Assembly (NCBI GenBank): GCA_023487865.1
Contig: JAMDBG010000003.1
Location: forward strand, 1-45,037
Length of the DNA stretch: 45,037 nucleotides
From: Deltaproteobacteria bacterium
Lineage (GTDB): Bacteria; Desulfobacterota; Syntrophia; Syntrophales; UBA5619
Reading direction: 5' to 3'
Positions within the stretch are counted from its first letter, which is position 1; every line of letters begins with the position of its first letter. Under the pieces are notes generated by a model. That model did no database searches, had not been told where the DNA came from, and was given only the letters and a program-made list of their open reading frames with translations. A program made the translations under genes and the position numbers. This document shows, in pieces, positions 30,493 to 40,710 of the stretch.

Positions 30493-31497
30493 TCATGGAG
30501 TGCCCTGAAAAGCACACCTGGCCTCATGATGAAGGAGATCACCCATTTTCTTGTATTTTGGAGAAAAATGGAACAGCACCATGCGCTTTGCCCCCGCCTG
30601 TCTTGCCAGCATCCCGGCCTGCCTCGCCGTAAGATGGCACTTCTGTGCAGCGTTATCGGCATCTTCATGAAGAAAAGGCGCTTCGATAAAGATCAGATCC
30701 GATCCGCCACTCAGCTCTACGATCCGGCGCGCATTTTCATCACTGTAAAGGGCATCGGTGACGTACGATATCTTCTGCCCCGGTGTGATCTTCACGGCCT
30801 TTTGTCTCAGAACACCAAGCGGCACGACTTTCCAAACCATCCGACCGTCGGCATCCCGCCACCATGCCCGTACAGGAAGGTCATCCGGTCCCCCCTTCAT
30901 GACATGCGCCTTAAGCTCCAGCAGCCAGGTCCCTGTAGAAAGCCCCATATCCCGAAGGACATTCTTCTTGATATTGATGCGTGTCTTTTCTTCAAAACAA
31001 AAAGCCAAACAGGGCGTCCCGTGATCGAGAAATAACGCTCTGACGGTAAAGAAATCCCCTTGAACAAGGGTTCCGTCATAATCAGCGTGTTCCTCACCCT
31101 CCGGTCTGAAGGCATTCCGGCAATGATATTGTCTGCTGATTTGGTATTGCGGATGTATCTCCGTCACGAGCAATGCAAAGTCATTGGTGTAATTGGCAAC
31201 CAGATTCCAGGTATAGGAACGGAGCTTGTCTTCGACATTCTGCAGAAAATTGGGCGGTCCGTAAAGATGAATGCGCCGGTCTCTCCCCAGAGAAATCCTC
31301 AGGAGATGATCAAAACCGATGAAATGGTCCATGTGGGTGTGGGAAACGAATATGTAGCCGATCTTTAAAAGTTTGCGGGGCGGCAGCGCATGGATATCGC
31401 CGAGGTCGAAAAGAAAGGCTTCCTTTCGATACTTGAAATCCACATACACGCCTGGATCACCGAAGGGATCATTGATCAGAGAAGCGCTGTGAATCAC
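30493..31497 (-). CDS. Ribonuclease Z-like metallo-beta-lactamase-fold protein
   Basis: NDPFGDPG, FDLGD, SHTHMDH, HLTARQAG and FHFSPKY; start taken as GTG 31497 (the ORF track extends to 31554). Confidence 0.8.
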   Translation of the reverse strand: MIHSASLINDPFGDPGVYVDFKYRKEAFLFDLGDIHALPPRKLLKIGYIFVSHTHMDHFIGFDHLLRISLGRDRRIHLYGPPNFLQNVEDKLRSYTWNLVANYTNDFALLVTEIHPQYQISRQYHCRNAFRPEGEEHADYDGTLVQGDFFTVRALFLDHGTPCLAFCFEEKTRINIKKNVLRDMGLSTGTWLLELKAHVMKGGPDDLPVRAWWRDADGRMVWKVVPLGVLRQKAVKITPGQKISYVTDALYSDENARRIVELSGGSDLIFIEAPFLHEDADNAAQKCHLTARQAGMLARQAGAKRMVLFHFSPKYKKMGDLLHHEARCAFQGTP

Positions 31498-31599
31498 TTT
31501 TCCCCATCCACTTATGCTAAGGCCGCAAAATAAAGTGAGGAAAGATAACTTCATTAACCCTGTTTACATGGTTCTTATAGCATGAAGTGTGATTTTTTC

Positions 31600-32322
31600 C
31601 TAAAAAGGAGGAACAATATTGTTGGATTCGAATTTGCTGTCCGCAATATCCGCTGTCCCACCGTTGAAGATGCCGCTGCCGACGCGCGCCTCGTTTCCCT
31701 GAAATGTGCAATTTTTGACAATCAAAGTGCCATCGCTGTCTATGGCGCCGCCTATGTCCGCCCAGTTATTTAAAAACTCGCTGTCCGTGATGTTCACGGT
31801 TCCCTTATAGTTGAGGACAGCCCCTCCATAGGTGGCAAGGCGCGCAAAATTTTCCGTGAAACGACAGCGGTCGATGTTCAAAACAACCCCGCTATTGGCT
31901 CGGACACCGCCTCCATGGGGTGTACTGCCCTTTGCAATGACCAGATACTGGAGATTGACGGTCGGACCCCCTTGACTGATTTCAAATATCCCCACCAGGT
32001 AGTTTCCACTGATCTCGATCGACCAGTCCGTCCGGCCTTTGATCGTCAGGTTCTGGTCGATGTCAGGCAGGGGACTGCCCAATGTGAGGGTGCCGGTCAG
32101 ATCGTCACTGAAAACGATGATGTCCGCCCCGCTTCCCGCCTGGCAGTCTGGGGAGCCCGACTGGGTGTCGAGATTCGCGTTGATTATGGCCTCCCGCAGG
32201 GAACACCGGCTGTTTAGATTCTGCTCGTCGGCCAGCGTCGTGACGACTATTGTGGCGGCAACTGCCGGAGCGCACCAAAGGACCATGAATGCCGAAAATA
32301 GAATCCACCATCTCTTGGCCAT
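31600..32322 (-). pseudogene. CSLREA-domain secreted beta-helix protein, apparently C-terminally truncated
   Basis: Signal peptide, CSLREAI motif and GG(A/G)I/F-x-x-N-x-A repeats; the last repeat breaks off at FESNN-IVPPF*; strong RBS AAGGAGG. Confidence 0.6.
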
Positions 32323-32722
32323 GAAACAACCTCCTTTTTGAGGATACCCTTATTAAATGCCAGAAATGCCGGGAAGAAGTCTATCACCGCCCTTCTCCCC
32401 GCCCTGCACATCCGAAAAAGAGCCTTCTCTCACTTCACAACCGTCTCCAATGCCAGTTCCAGGGCGCCGCAACCCCGTGGGTGCTCACTGCCAAGAAAAA
32501 AACCAGGTAAAACATATGCCGCTATCGCTTCAACCATTCATCACCTCCTTATTCGGTAGATATGGGTTCAAAATGCTTAAAAGAGATCGAGATTTTTATA
32601 ACCGGCAAAAAAGGCCCGACTCGGTTTTCTGCCTCGTGCCGCCTACGAACGACGCTTCTATGAAAAACGACCGGCAGTATGAGATATCTGGTGGCTCTAT
32701 TGACCGCCGAACTCATTAATGG

Positions 32723-33301
32723 CTAGAACGCAAACCTGAGCCCGATGAGCCACGTGATAAAGAAGTTTTCATCCCGTACGTCAAGATTGGTAATATTAAA
32801 GAGGACGGATGCATCCAGCGATACCGCGTCTGTCAATTGATACTCGGCTCCTGCACCAAACGGCATCAGAAAGCTGGTATCGTCCTCTCGCTTCGATCCC
32901 TTCCGGTCTAAATCCGCATAGATAAATCCGATACCGGCCTGGACATGCGGTTTGAGCTCTGGAAAGCCAGCGATGCCGAAGGTATATTTTGCCTGTCCGG
33001 TAAGACCGACTTGGAAGAGATCACCCGTTAATCCCATCTGGAGAAGCGGTCCGATTGAGAATCGACGGGTAAGGTAGTAATCGCCATAGAGGCCAAGAGC
33101 ATAGGCCGTACCATCCGGGGTGTCGGTTTGCAGACCAAGGGCGGCGCCAGCAAAAAATCTCCCCGTGCTTTCATCTGCGGTGTTCTGTTGGGCCTCGGCG
33201 GTTGACCAGAGTGTAAACGAGAGTGCAATACTCACCATGATGGCAATGGCGACCGCAAGAAGAAAACGGATAACGTCTGCTTTTACGAGATTTGGTTGCA
33301 T
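32723..33301 (-). CDS. Outer-membrane beta-barrel protein (8-strand, OmpA/OmpW-like)
   Basis: Signal peptide, alternating amphipathic strands, GAGAEY and C-terminal GLRFAF; ATG 33301 behind AAGGAGGA. Confidence 0.75.
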   Translation of the reverse strand: MQPNLVKADVIRFLLAVAIAIMVSIALSFTLWSTAEAQQNTADESTGRFFAGAALGLQTDTPDGTAYALGLYGDYYLTRRFSIGPLLQMGLTGDLFQVGLTGQAKYTFGIAGFPELKPHVQAGIGFIYADLDRKGSKREDDTSFLMPFGAGAEYQLTDAVSLDASVLFNITNLDVRDENFFITWLIGLRFAF

Positions 33302-33367
33302 TTTCAATCCTCCTTTCCCCCTCACTCAAGGTAGAGTCAGACACATGGTCTGTTGTTAACAATGGAT

Positions 33368-34363
33368 TCAGCCGCCGTGAGCCGGCCGACGACTCGCTTC
33401 AGAACCCTCAACGTTTCCTTTGAGGCGGACCGCTCGGACAAAATGCTTATTGAAGTACGGTATGTTTAGATTGTCAACGCGAACTCTCCGTTTATAGGAC
33501 GACGCGTGAACAAATTGATTATTGCCGATATAGATCCCCACGTGGCCCAGCCTCCGTCTCGTATTGAAGAAGAGAAGATCTCCGGCGACCAGTTCGCTCC
33601 TTTTCACGCGCAGTCCCACCAGGGATTGCTGAAAGGCCGTCCGCGGAAGGTCGATGTTGAAGAACTGATAGGTCTTCTTCACGAATGCCGAACAGTCGAG
33701 TCCCTTCACCGAAGTACCCCCAAAACGGTAGGGCGCACCGAGGAAACCCATCGCCACCTTGACGAGCATCCTCTGCTCTTCCGGATTTTTCCATTGACCG
33801 AACGGTGCGGCGTTCTCCTGCTCGTGCCGCTCGACGACAGGCCAGGCCCCGTCGCCGGCGCCCCCGCGATCCGCATCTTCCCCTTCCGGCTCCTGTTCCG
33901 ATTTTGCCTGATTCTTCACCGATTCGGCCCTTTCCTCCCCTTCACCCTCCTGACTCCGGTATCGCTCGATTTTCTGACCGACCTGCAAGACACTTCCCTT
34001 AAGCCGGTTAACCTCGCGAAGGTCAGCTATGGATATCCCTGTTTTATCGGCGATCTTCGCCAGAGTGTCTCCTTTTTTGACCTGATAGATTCTTTCATGG
34101 AGAGATGCGGAGCGCTGGGATTTTGTCTGAGAGACTTCAGAGACGGGAATGGTCAGGATCTGCCGGGGCTTAGGGTCGTCTTTGGTAAGGTGATTGGCTG
34201 CTCTCAGGGCGTCGGGGGTGACTCCGAGCCGCTCGGCGATACCGGAAATCGTATCGCCCTGCCGGACCTGGTAGGTCGAACTGGCCTGACCGTCCCGGCA
34301 AAGACTCCACGACACCAACAGGACACCGAGTCCTACCCAAAGGAAAATCCGCCGTCTCATCAT
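33368..34363 (-). CDS. LysM-LysM-NlpC/P60 peptidoglycan endopeptidase
   Basis: YQVRQGDT and YQVKKGDTL LysM starts; PYRFGG, DCSAF, HVGIY and FVHAS catalytic motifs. Confidence 0.93.
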   Translation of the reverse strand: MMRRRIFLWVGLGVLLVSWSLCRDGQASSTYQVRQGDTISGIAERLGVTPDALRAANHLTKDDPKPRQILTIPVSEVSQTKSQRSASLHERIYQVKKGDTLAKIADKTGISIADLREVNRLKGSVLQVGQKIERYRSQEGEGEERAESVKNQAKSEQEPEGEDADRGGAGDGAWPVVERHEQENAAPFGQWKNPEEQRMLVKVAMGFLGAPYRFGGTSVKGLDCSAFVKKTYQFFNIDLPRTAFQQSLVGLRVKRSELVAGDLLFFNTRRRLGHVGIYIGNNQFVHASSYKRRVRVDNLNIPYFNKHFVRAVRLKGNVEGSEASRRPAHGG

Positions 34364-34775
34364 GAAGAACCTCCTATTGCTTCATCGGGGGCTATCCACT
34401 CCTGTTGCGGCACACAAATGTTGCTGATGTTTTGCTAATGGATGACAAACTGCACACGTTCTTTTGTCAGGAGTGGAAAGCTACCGCCCTGCATCGCCTG
34501 CCCCAGGAGGGGTGTTCCTCAGTTCTTGGTCACGATGTCAGCACTGTATCTCGGGTAACAAACGAGCACAGAATATGCCAACAGATGCCTAAGAAACCAA
34601 CCTACTGAATTCAGACAGTTTATGATGAAAATTACCTACAGCGTAGGGACGATTGTGCATGATATTCCAAACAGAAAGCGCAGGGGAGTGCAGGATTTTG
34701 CCTCCACCTAACCGATAAGAGACCTCCGGAGGCAAAACGGTGGGCGGGTAAATGCCTTGCGACCATATCACAACA

Positions 34776-34808
34776 AAGAAAAAGGGGCCGGTAACCTTAC
34801 CGAACCCC
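34776..34808 (-). terminator. Intrinsic terminator after tRNA-Glu
   Basis: Minus strand GGGG-TTCGGTAA-GG-TTACCGG-CCCC-TTTTT. Confidence 0.65.
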
Positions 34809-34820
34809 ATGTATTTCTTA

Positions 34821-34895
34821 TGGTAGTCCCACGGGGAGTTGAACCCCGGCTTCCGGCGTGAGAGGCCAGCGTCCTAACCACTAGACGATGGGACC
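34821..34895 (-). tRNA. tRNA-Glu(CTC)
   Basis: Reverse complement GGTCCCA...CTGGC-CTCTCAC-GCCGG...GGTTCAA...TGGGACT-ACCA; lies directly downstream of gltX. Confidence 0.96.
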
Positions 34896-34947
34896 GTGAC
34901 GGAGCATTGTTGTTTAATGAATGCCCGCTAAAAAGTCAAGGCCAAAA

Positions 34948-36363
34948 TCAACTGGCGGCCCCGATCCAGGCGACAGCCTTTTGAATTCTGCCGATCACCC
35001 TCTCCTTTCCAAGGGTGACCATTACCTCATCGATACCGGGACTTACAGTCTTTCCCGTAAGGGCGACGCGGAGCGTCTGAGCGATCCATTTAAGCTTTGT
35101 CCCGCGCTCCTCGGCAAGCGCACGCAGAAAGGACTCCAAACCATCCTTCGTATACTCCGCAAGACCGGGGATCCCCTCCGCCACTGCCACTAGATGGCCG
35201 GCGTATTCGGGCGTCAAGAATTTCGCCGCCGCCTCGGGATCGTAAGCCACCTCCTCCTGGAAATAAAAAACTCCTCCTTCAGCCATCTCCACCAGGGTTT
35301 TCGACCGTGTCCGGAGATCCGCTATCGCTTTTGCAACAAAGGGACGATCGGAGACATCGAATCCCCGCTTCTCCCAGAAGGGAAGAACCGACTCTACCAG
35401 ACGCTCTGCGGGATAAGCCATGATGTAATGCTGGTTCAGCCAGAGGAGCTTTTCCGGATTGAAGACCGCCGCCGATTTGCCGACCGCCTCCAGGGAGAAC
35501 TCCCGGACGAGTTCCTCCATCGTGAATATCTCCTGGTCCCCGTGGGACCAGCCGAGACGGACCAGGTAATTGACCAGGGCCTCGGGCAGATATCCCATCT
35601 CCTGGTAGGCCATCACCGACGTCGCGCCGTGACGCTTGCTCAGCCTGGCCCTGTCTGATCCGAGGATCATCGGCACATGGCCGAACAGGGGAACTTCGTA
35701 ACCCAGCGCCTCGTAAATCTGGATCTGCTTGGGCGTGTTATTGACATGGTCATCCCCCCGGATGACGTGGGTGATCCCCATCTGGGCATCGTCCACGACC
35801 ACCGCGAAATTGTAAGTCGGATAGCCGTCGGCGCGTTCGATGATCAGATCGTCCAGCTCCTCGTTGTTGAAGGAGATGTTCCCCTTGATCAGGTCGTGTA
35901 CGACGGTGACACCCACCTCGGGACCGCGGAAACGGACCACGGAGCCGGAAGATCTGGGCAATCCACGGTCGCGGCAGGTCCCGTCATATTTCGGCTTCCG
36001 CCCTTCGGCGAGGGCCTTCTTTCGCTTCGCCTCCAGCTCCTCCGGGGCACAGGTGCAGTAATACGCGTTCCCCGTATCGATCAGCTTCTGGACCATCTCC
36101 CTGTGGATATTCACCCGCTCCGCCTGGAAATAGGGGCCTTCGTCCCAGTTTAGGCCGAGCCACGCCATCGCATCCAGGATCGCCCGAGTCGATTCCTCCG
36201 TAGAGCGAACCTGATCCGTATCCTCAATCCGCAGGATGAATGTCCCAGCGTATCTGCGTGTATAGAGCCAGTTGAACAAAGCCGTACGAGCGCCGCCGAT
36301 ATGGAGAAATCCCGTCGGCGACGGGGCAAAACGCGTTCTCATTTTTCCCTTTGTCATTGTCAT
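34948..36363 (-). CDS. gltX: Glutamate-tRNA ligase
   Basis: [24 protein letters not shown] and LSKR. Confidence 0.97.
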   Translation of the reverse strand: MTMTKGKMRTRFAPSPTGFLHIGGARTALFNWLYTRRYAGTFILRIEDTDQVRSTEESTRAILDAMAWLGLNWDEGPYFQAERVNIHREMVQKLIDTGNAYYCTCAPEELEAKRKKALAEGRKPKYDGTCRDRGLPRSSGSVVRFRGPEVGVTVVHDLIKGNISFNNEELDDLIIERADGYPTYNFAVVVDDAQMGITHVIRGDDHVNNTPKQIQIYEALGYEVPLFGHVPMILGSDRARLSKRHGATSVMAYQEMGYLPEALVNYLVRLGWSHGDQEIFTMEELVREFSLEAVGKSAAVFNPEKLLWLNQHYIMAYPAERLVESVLPFWEKRGFDVSDRPFVAKAIADLRTRSKTLVEMAEGGVFYFQEEVAYDPEAAAKFLTPEYAGHLVAVAEGIPGLAEYTKDGLESFLRALAEERGTKLKWIAQTLRVALTGKTVSPGIDEVMVTLGKERVIGRIQKAVAWIGAAS

Positions 36364-36748
36364 CCGCCTGATCGTGTTTTCCGGACCCGCTTCTGGTGTG
36401 CTATCGAAAAGTACCCCTCTTTTGCCTCTGCGGGTGAAGCGATTCCATCTTGATTGATGTAGTCTATAGGACCTCGCCTATCCTATTGTCAAGAAAGAAA
36501 AGGCGATGCCGGTCGAAGCGACACAGCGGATCGGGTCTCTTTGTCGGTAGCCACGGGCAAATGCATTATGCTGAAAAGAATCTGAGACCTGCTAATTTCA
36601 TTTGAATTTACATCCCATTCAGTTTATAAGTCCTCCCATAGCGTTCCAGGAAGGGGAAACGGGATGCACCGTCGCTTGGCCGCCGCTGCCTCAAGAACCA
36701 TCGAAAATCAGGCAAAGCATGAAAAACAGGACAGGTGATAAATTATCC

Positions 36749-36777
36749 TTGACAATCCAGCCGGTTTATAATTTACT
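36749..36777 (+). promoter_or_regulatory. Putative promoter of the yceD-rpmF-fab cluster
   Basis: TTGACA-N17-TTTACT in an AT-rich context. Confidence 0.45.
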
Positions 36778-36845
36778 TTAACCCTTTACACGGCGACTTC
36801 CGGTAACGGGAAATTGTCGTTTTCGCTGTCGGGAAAGGGCAATTT

Positions 36846-37385
36846 TTGAAGATCAGCGTAAACAAGATCCCCGAAGGGGGGATGAATCTCCGGTTTGAAA
36901 AGGATTGGGAATGGTTCCGGAATTTTCTTTCGGAAACGGAACCGTCCGATTTCGTCCTGGACCGGATCGCAGTTGCCTGCACCGTCAGGAGGATGAAGGA
37001 GACGGTCTTTATCGAAGGATCTGCAGCCACGACCGTGGAGGCACCCTGCAGCCGCTGTCTGACGACGGCCATCCTGCCGGTTAGATCCTCGTTCAAATAT
37101 ACCTTTTCTCCACCTCCCGACCGGCCGCAGGAGGAATGGGAGCTGAGCGCCGAGGATCTTGATTTTGCGTATTACGAGGAGGATACCATCGATCTGGACC
37201 CGCTGATCTTTGAACAGATCATTCTCCAGATCCCGATCAAGCCTCTGTGCACGGAAACCTGTAAGGGGCTGTGCCCCCATTGCGGTATCAATATGAATGT
37301 GGCCGGCTGTCGCTGTGAGACCAAATCCTTTGATGAACGCCTCGCCGCGTTGAAGCAGTTCAAGGTTCAATCCGAGAAACAATAG
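36846..37385 (+). CDS. yceD: DUF177/YceD family protein
   Basis: CSRCL and PLC-ETCKGLCPHCG; immediately upstream of rpmF. Confidence 0.9.
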   Translation: MKISVNKIPEGGMNLRFEKDWEWFRNFLSETEPSDFVLDRIAVACTVRRMKETVFIEGSAATTVEAPCSRCLTTAILPVRSSFKYTFSPPPDRPQEEWELSAEDLDFAYYEEDTIDLDPLIFEQIILQIPIKPLCTETCKGLCPHCGINMNVAGCRCETKSFDERLAALKQFKVQSEKQ

Positions 37386-37409
37386 AGAAGGAAAAAGGAG
37401 TAAGATATT

Positions 37410-37595
37410 ATGCCAAATCCAATAAAAAGACATTCCAAGTCCAGAAGAAACATGAGAAGGGCGCACGATTTTCTGAAGCCGGTTCTGGCATCCGCGTGTC
37501 CGCAATGCCATGCGCCCAAGCTTCCTCACCATGTCTGTCCCACCTGCGGGACATACAAGGGAAAGGAAGTCATCCCCATCGAAAAGGCATCCTGA
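37410..37595 (+). CDS. rpmF: 50S ribosomal protein L32 (zinc-ribbon form)
   Basis: [18 protein letters not shown] and CPTCG-YKG. Confidence 0.95.
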   Translation: MPNPIKRHSKSRRNMRRAHDFLKPVLASACPQCHAPKLPHHVCPTCGTYKGKEVIPIEKAS

Positions 37596-37617
37596 ACCGC
37601 CGGGCGAGGAAACACCC

Positions 37618-38559
37618 ATGGCTAAATACGGTGTCGTCTTTCCTGGACAGGGATCGCAATACCCCGGCATGGGTCAGGACCTTTACCGGGGAGATCAGCG
37701 TGTAAGGGACCTTTTTGCAGCAGCCGGGGATGTCTTCGGCCGGGACATGGTCTCTCTGTGCTTTAATGGACCACAGGAGGCCCTTGACCTGACGGTGAAC
37801 ACGCAGACTGCCGTTCTCACGGTGGATATCGCCGCCTGGCTGGCTTTTTCCGGACGGGTGGGCACAACACCGATCATCATGGCTGGCCACAGTCTCGGAG
37901 AATATGCCGCCCTTTATGCGGCCGGCGCCGTCGACCTGCGTGACGTCCTTGCCCTGGTTCACCTGAGGGCAAAATACCACCAGGAGGCCGTTCCCGTAGG
38001 TGAAGGGGCGATGGCGGCCATCCTCGGCCTTTCGAGAGACGTGGTGGAGGAGCTGTGCCGCCAGATTAACGGCGAAAATCATACCGTGGTTCTCTCGATC
38101 GAAAACGCCCCCGGACAGATCGTCGTCTCCGGACATACGACGGCCATAGAAAAAATCATCGCCGCCGCCGAGGCAAAAGAGGGCGGCCGGGCGGTGAAAC
38201 TTGCCATCAGCGTCCCTTGCCACTCTCCCCTCCTGCAGGGAGCGGCCGAGCGGTTCGCTGCGGAGCTGACCCAGGTCGATATCCGGGATTGCATAATCCC
38301 CGTGATTCCCAACCGCGACCCGGACATTCTCCATTCCCGGGAACGTACACGAGAGCTGCTGATAAGACAGATTACCTCTCCGGTCCGTTGGAAGGAGACA
38401 ATCGAAAGGATGGCCGCAATGGGCGTCGATACCATCGTGGAGCTCGGCCCGAAGAGGACCCTCTCCGGGCTGATCAGGCGGATTGACCGGCGATTGCGTC
38501 TCCTCAACGTCGAGGATGGTGAATCACTGAAGCAGACGGTGGCGGCATTGAACGACTGA
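37618..38559 (+). CDS. fabD: Malonyl-CoA:ACP transacylase
   Basis: FPGQGSQ, GHSLGEY, VPCHS and SPVRW; ATG 37618 behind GAGGA. Confidence 0.95.
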   Translation: MAKYGVVFPGQGSQYPGMGQDLYRGDQRVRDLFAAAGDVFGRDMVSLCFNGPQEALDLTVNTQTAVLTVDIAAWLAFSGRVGTTPIIMAGHSLGEYAALYAAGAVDLRDVLALVHLRAKYHQEAVPVGEGAMAAILGLSRDVVEELCRQINGENHTVVLSIENAPGQIVVSGHTTAIEKIIAAAEAKEGGRAVKLAISVPCHSPLLQGAAERFAAELTQVDIRDCIIPVIPNRDPDILHSRERTRELLIRQITSPVRWKETIERMAAMGVDTIVELGPKRTLSGLIRRIDRRLRLLNVEDGESLKQTVAALND

Positions 38560-38630
38560 GCGGGAACAAACCGCTGTTGCATTCCCACCCCTGCCGTCGC
38601 AGGGGTCATTTTCATTAGGAGGAAGTGTTC

Positions 38631-38876
38631 ATGACACTGGAAGAAAAGGTCATCAGTATTATAATGGAGCAACTGGATGTCACACGCGAGGAATGTGTTG
38701 CCGAGGCGTCATTCATCGACGATCTCGGGGCCGATTCTCTCGATCTCGTCGAATTGATCATGGAAATGGAAGAAACCTTCGACGTCCAGATCGCCGACAA
38801 TGAACTGGAAAAAATCCGTACCATCAAAGATGTGTTTGAGTTTCTCAAAAGCAGGGGCACCGTCTGGCAGGAATAG
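38631..38876 (+). CDS. acpP: Acyl carrier protein
   Basis: [12 protein letters not shown] phosphopantetheine site; RBS AGGAGG. Confidence 0.96.
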   Translation: MTLEEKVISIIMEQLDVTREECVAEASFIDDLGADSLDLVELIMEMEETFDVQIADNELEKIRTIKDVFEFLKSRGTVWQE

Positions 38877-38951
38877 AGGCCGGCGATCGATTGCGTTTGC
38901 CGTTTCAACCTTGTCGGCCGGCAGTCCGATTTGTCGCAGCAGGGGGAGCAG

Positions 38952-40193
38952 TTGAAAAACAGGGTAGTCATCACGGGCATGGGCGCCGTCACACCGCTCG
39001 GCAACTCCGTCGCAGAGACCTGGGAGGGAATCTGCAGGGGAAAATCCGGCATCGGCCGGCTCACGAAATTCGACTGTACGGCTCATGAAACACGGATCGC
39101 CGGCGAGCTGAAGGATTTCGATCCGCTCCGCTTTGTAAATAAAAAAGAACTGCGGCGCCTGGACGACTTCATCATCTATGCCTTGGCAGCCGCAGAGATG
39201 GCCCTGGCCGATGCAGGCCTTGCCAGCGGTGCAGCCGAGGGGGAACGGACAGGGGTGATCATCGGTTCGGCCATCGGGGGGCTCGCCACCATCGAAAAAG
39301 AAAAGGAAGCGATCTTCCTGGGCGGGCCCCGGAAGATGTCTGCCTTCACCATCCCTGCGGTGCTGGCCAATCTCGCCTCCGGCCATGTGTCGATCCGTTT
39401 CGGAGCGAAGGGGCCGATCGGCTGCAGCGTCACGGCCTGCTCCTCGGGCGCCTGCGCCATCGGCGATGCCGTCCGCCTCATTGCCGAAGGTCATGCCGAT
39501 TGCATGATCGCCGGCGGAGTGGAAGCGGCCGTGACCCCGTTGTGCGTTGCAGGATTCAACGCCATGCGGGCGCTCTCCAAACGCAACGAAGAACCGGAAA
39601 AGGCGAGCCGCCCTTTCGACCGGGACCGCGACGGATTCGTCATCGGCGAAGGCTGCGGCATCGTGATTCTCGAAGCCCTGCCCCGCGCATTAGACAGGGG
39701 CACCCGCATCTGCGGCGAAATCGCAGGGTACGGTAACACCAGCGACGCGTTTCATATGGCGGCCCCGCCGCCCGGGCATGAGGGTGCCGTCCGATGTATG
39801 CAGGCCGCCCTGCGGGATGCGGGGATGGAAGCCGCCGGAATTGATTACATCAACGCCCACGGGACTTCCACCCCCCTGAACGACGCATACGAGACGGAAG
39901 CGATCAAAACGGTCTTCGGCGAACACACGCGACGGCTCGCCGTCAGTTCGACCAAATCGATGACCGGTCATCTCCTTGGGGCGGCCGGCGGCATCGAGAC
40001 GATCTTCTGCATGAAGGCGATCGACACGGGGATGCTCCCCCCAACGATCAACCTGGATCATCCGGATCCCACTTGCGATCTGGACTACGTCCCCCACCAG
40101 GCGAGAAAAGCGGCGATCCGCACCGCCATGTCCAATACCTTTGGTTTCGGCGGGGTGAATGCCGTCCTGATTGTGAAAAAATTCGAGGAATAA
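38952..40193 (+). CDS. fabF: 3-oxoacyl-ACP synthase II
   Basis: RVVITGMG, TACSSG, NAHGTST, GHLLGAAG and FGFGG; TTG start inferred. Confidence 0.95.
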   Translation: MKNRVVITGMGAVTPLGNSVAETWEGICRGKSGIGRLTKFDCTAHETRIAGELKDFDPLRFVNKKELRRLDDFIIYALAAAEMALADAGLASGAAEGERTGVIIGSAIGGLATIEKEKEAIFLGGPRKMSAFTIPAVLANLASGHVSIRFGAKGPIGCSVTACSSGACAIGDAVRLIAEGHADCMIAGGVEAAVTPLCVAGFNAMRALSKRNEEPEKASRPFDRDRDGFVIGEGCGIVILEALPRALDRGTRICGEIAGYGNTSDAFHMAAPPPGHEGAVRCMQAALRDAGMEAAGIDYINAHGTSTPLNDAYETEAIKTVFGEHTRRLAVSSTKSMTGHLLGAAGGIETIFCMKAIDTGMLPPTINLDHPDPTCDLDYVPHQARKAAIRTAMSNTFGFGGVNAVLIVKKFEE

Positions 40194-40196
40194 CGT

Positions 40197-40664
40197 ATGG
40201 CCATGGACAAGATCATCATCGGCGCGGATCATGCCGGTTATCCGCTCAAGGAGGCGCTCAAACCCTTTCTCAAGGAGATGGGGTTCGCCGTCACCGACAC
40301 AGGGACGGACAGCGACCGGCCCGCGGACTACCCCGATTTCGCGGCCCGAGTGGCCGAAAAGGTCTCTGCAGGCGTTTTTAGGAGGGGCATACTGATCTGC
40401 GGTTCCGGGGTGGGGATGTCGATCACCGCCAACCGGTTCCCCGGCGTGAGGGCCGCCCTCTGCCTCGACGAAGAAACGGCACGTATGAGCCGGATGCACA
40501 ATGATGCCAACATCCTGGTCCTTGCGGGGAGGAAAACCGATGCGGTTACAGCGCGTGCGATCACCCGGGTGTGGCTGGAAACCCCGTTTGAGGGAGGGCG
40601 TCATCAGAAACGTCTCGATAAAATCAGGGATGCGGAATTGGGATTGCGACATAAAAGAAATTAA
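40197..40664 (+). CDS. rpiB: Ribose-5-phosphate isomerase B
   Basis: GADHAG, ICGSGVG, HNDAN and FEGGRH. Confidence 0.94.
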   Translation: MAMDKIIIGADHAGYPLKEALKPFLKEMGFAVTDTGTDSDRPADYPDFAARVAEKVSAGVFRRGILICGSGVGMSITANRFPGVRAALCLDEETARMSRMHNDANILVLAGRKTDAVTARAITRVWLETPFEGGRHQKRLDKIRDAELGLRHKRN

Positions 40665-40710
40665 TTTTTTAACCAGCAAAATCATGTTCCCATTCGTGTG
40701 AGGGAGCATG

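Noticed and set aside
32338-32719. Plus-strand ORFs of 73 and 120 aa between the CSLREA and beta-barrel genes
   Set aside because: No RBS, motif or protein-like composition; probably upstream regulatory sequence.
34441-34500. GACAAAC...GGAAAGCTAC resembling a c-di-GMP-I riboswitch
   Set aside because: No GNRA-capped P2 stem or GACGCAAA core, and no same-strand gene downstream.
27995-34860. Integrative element attL/attR at the tRNAs (CCCGGCTTC occurs in both)
   Set aside because: The 9-nt match lies within the two tRNA genes themselves; no duplicated tRNA 3' end or integrase was seen.
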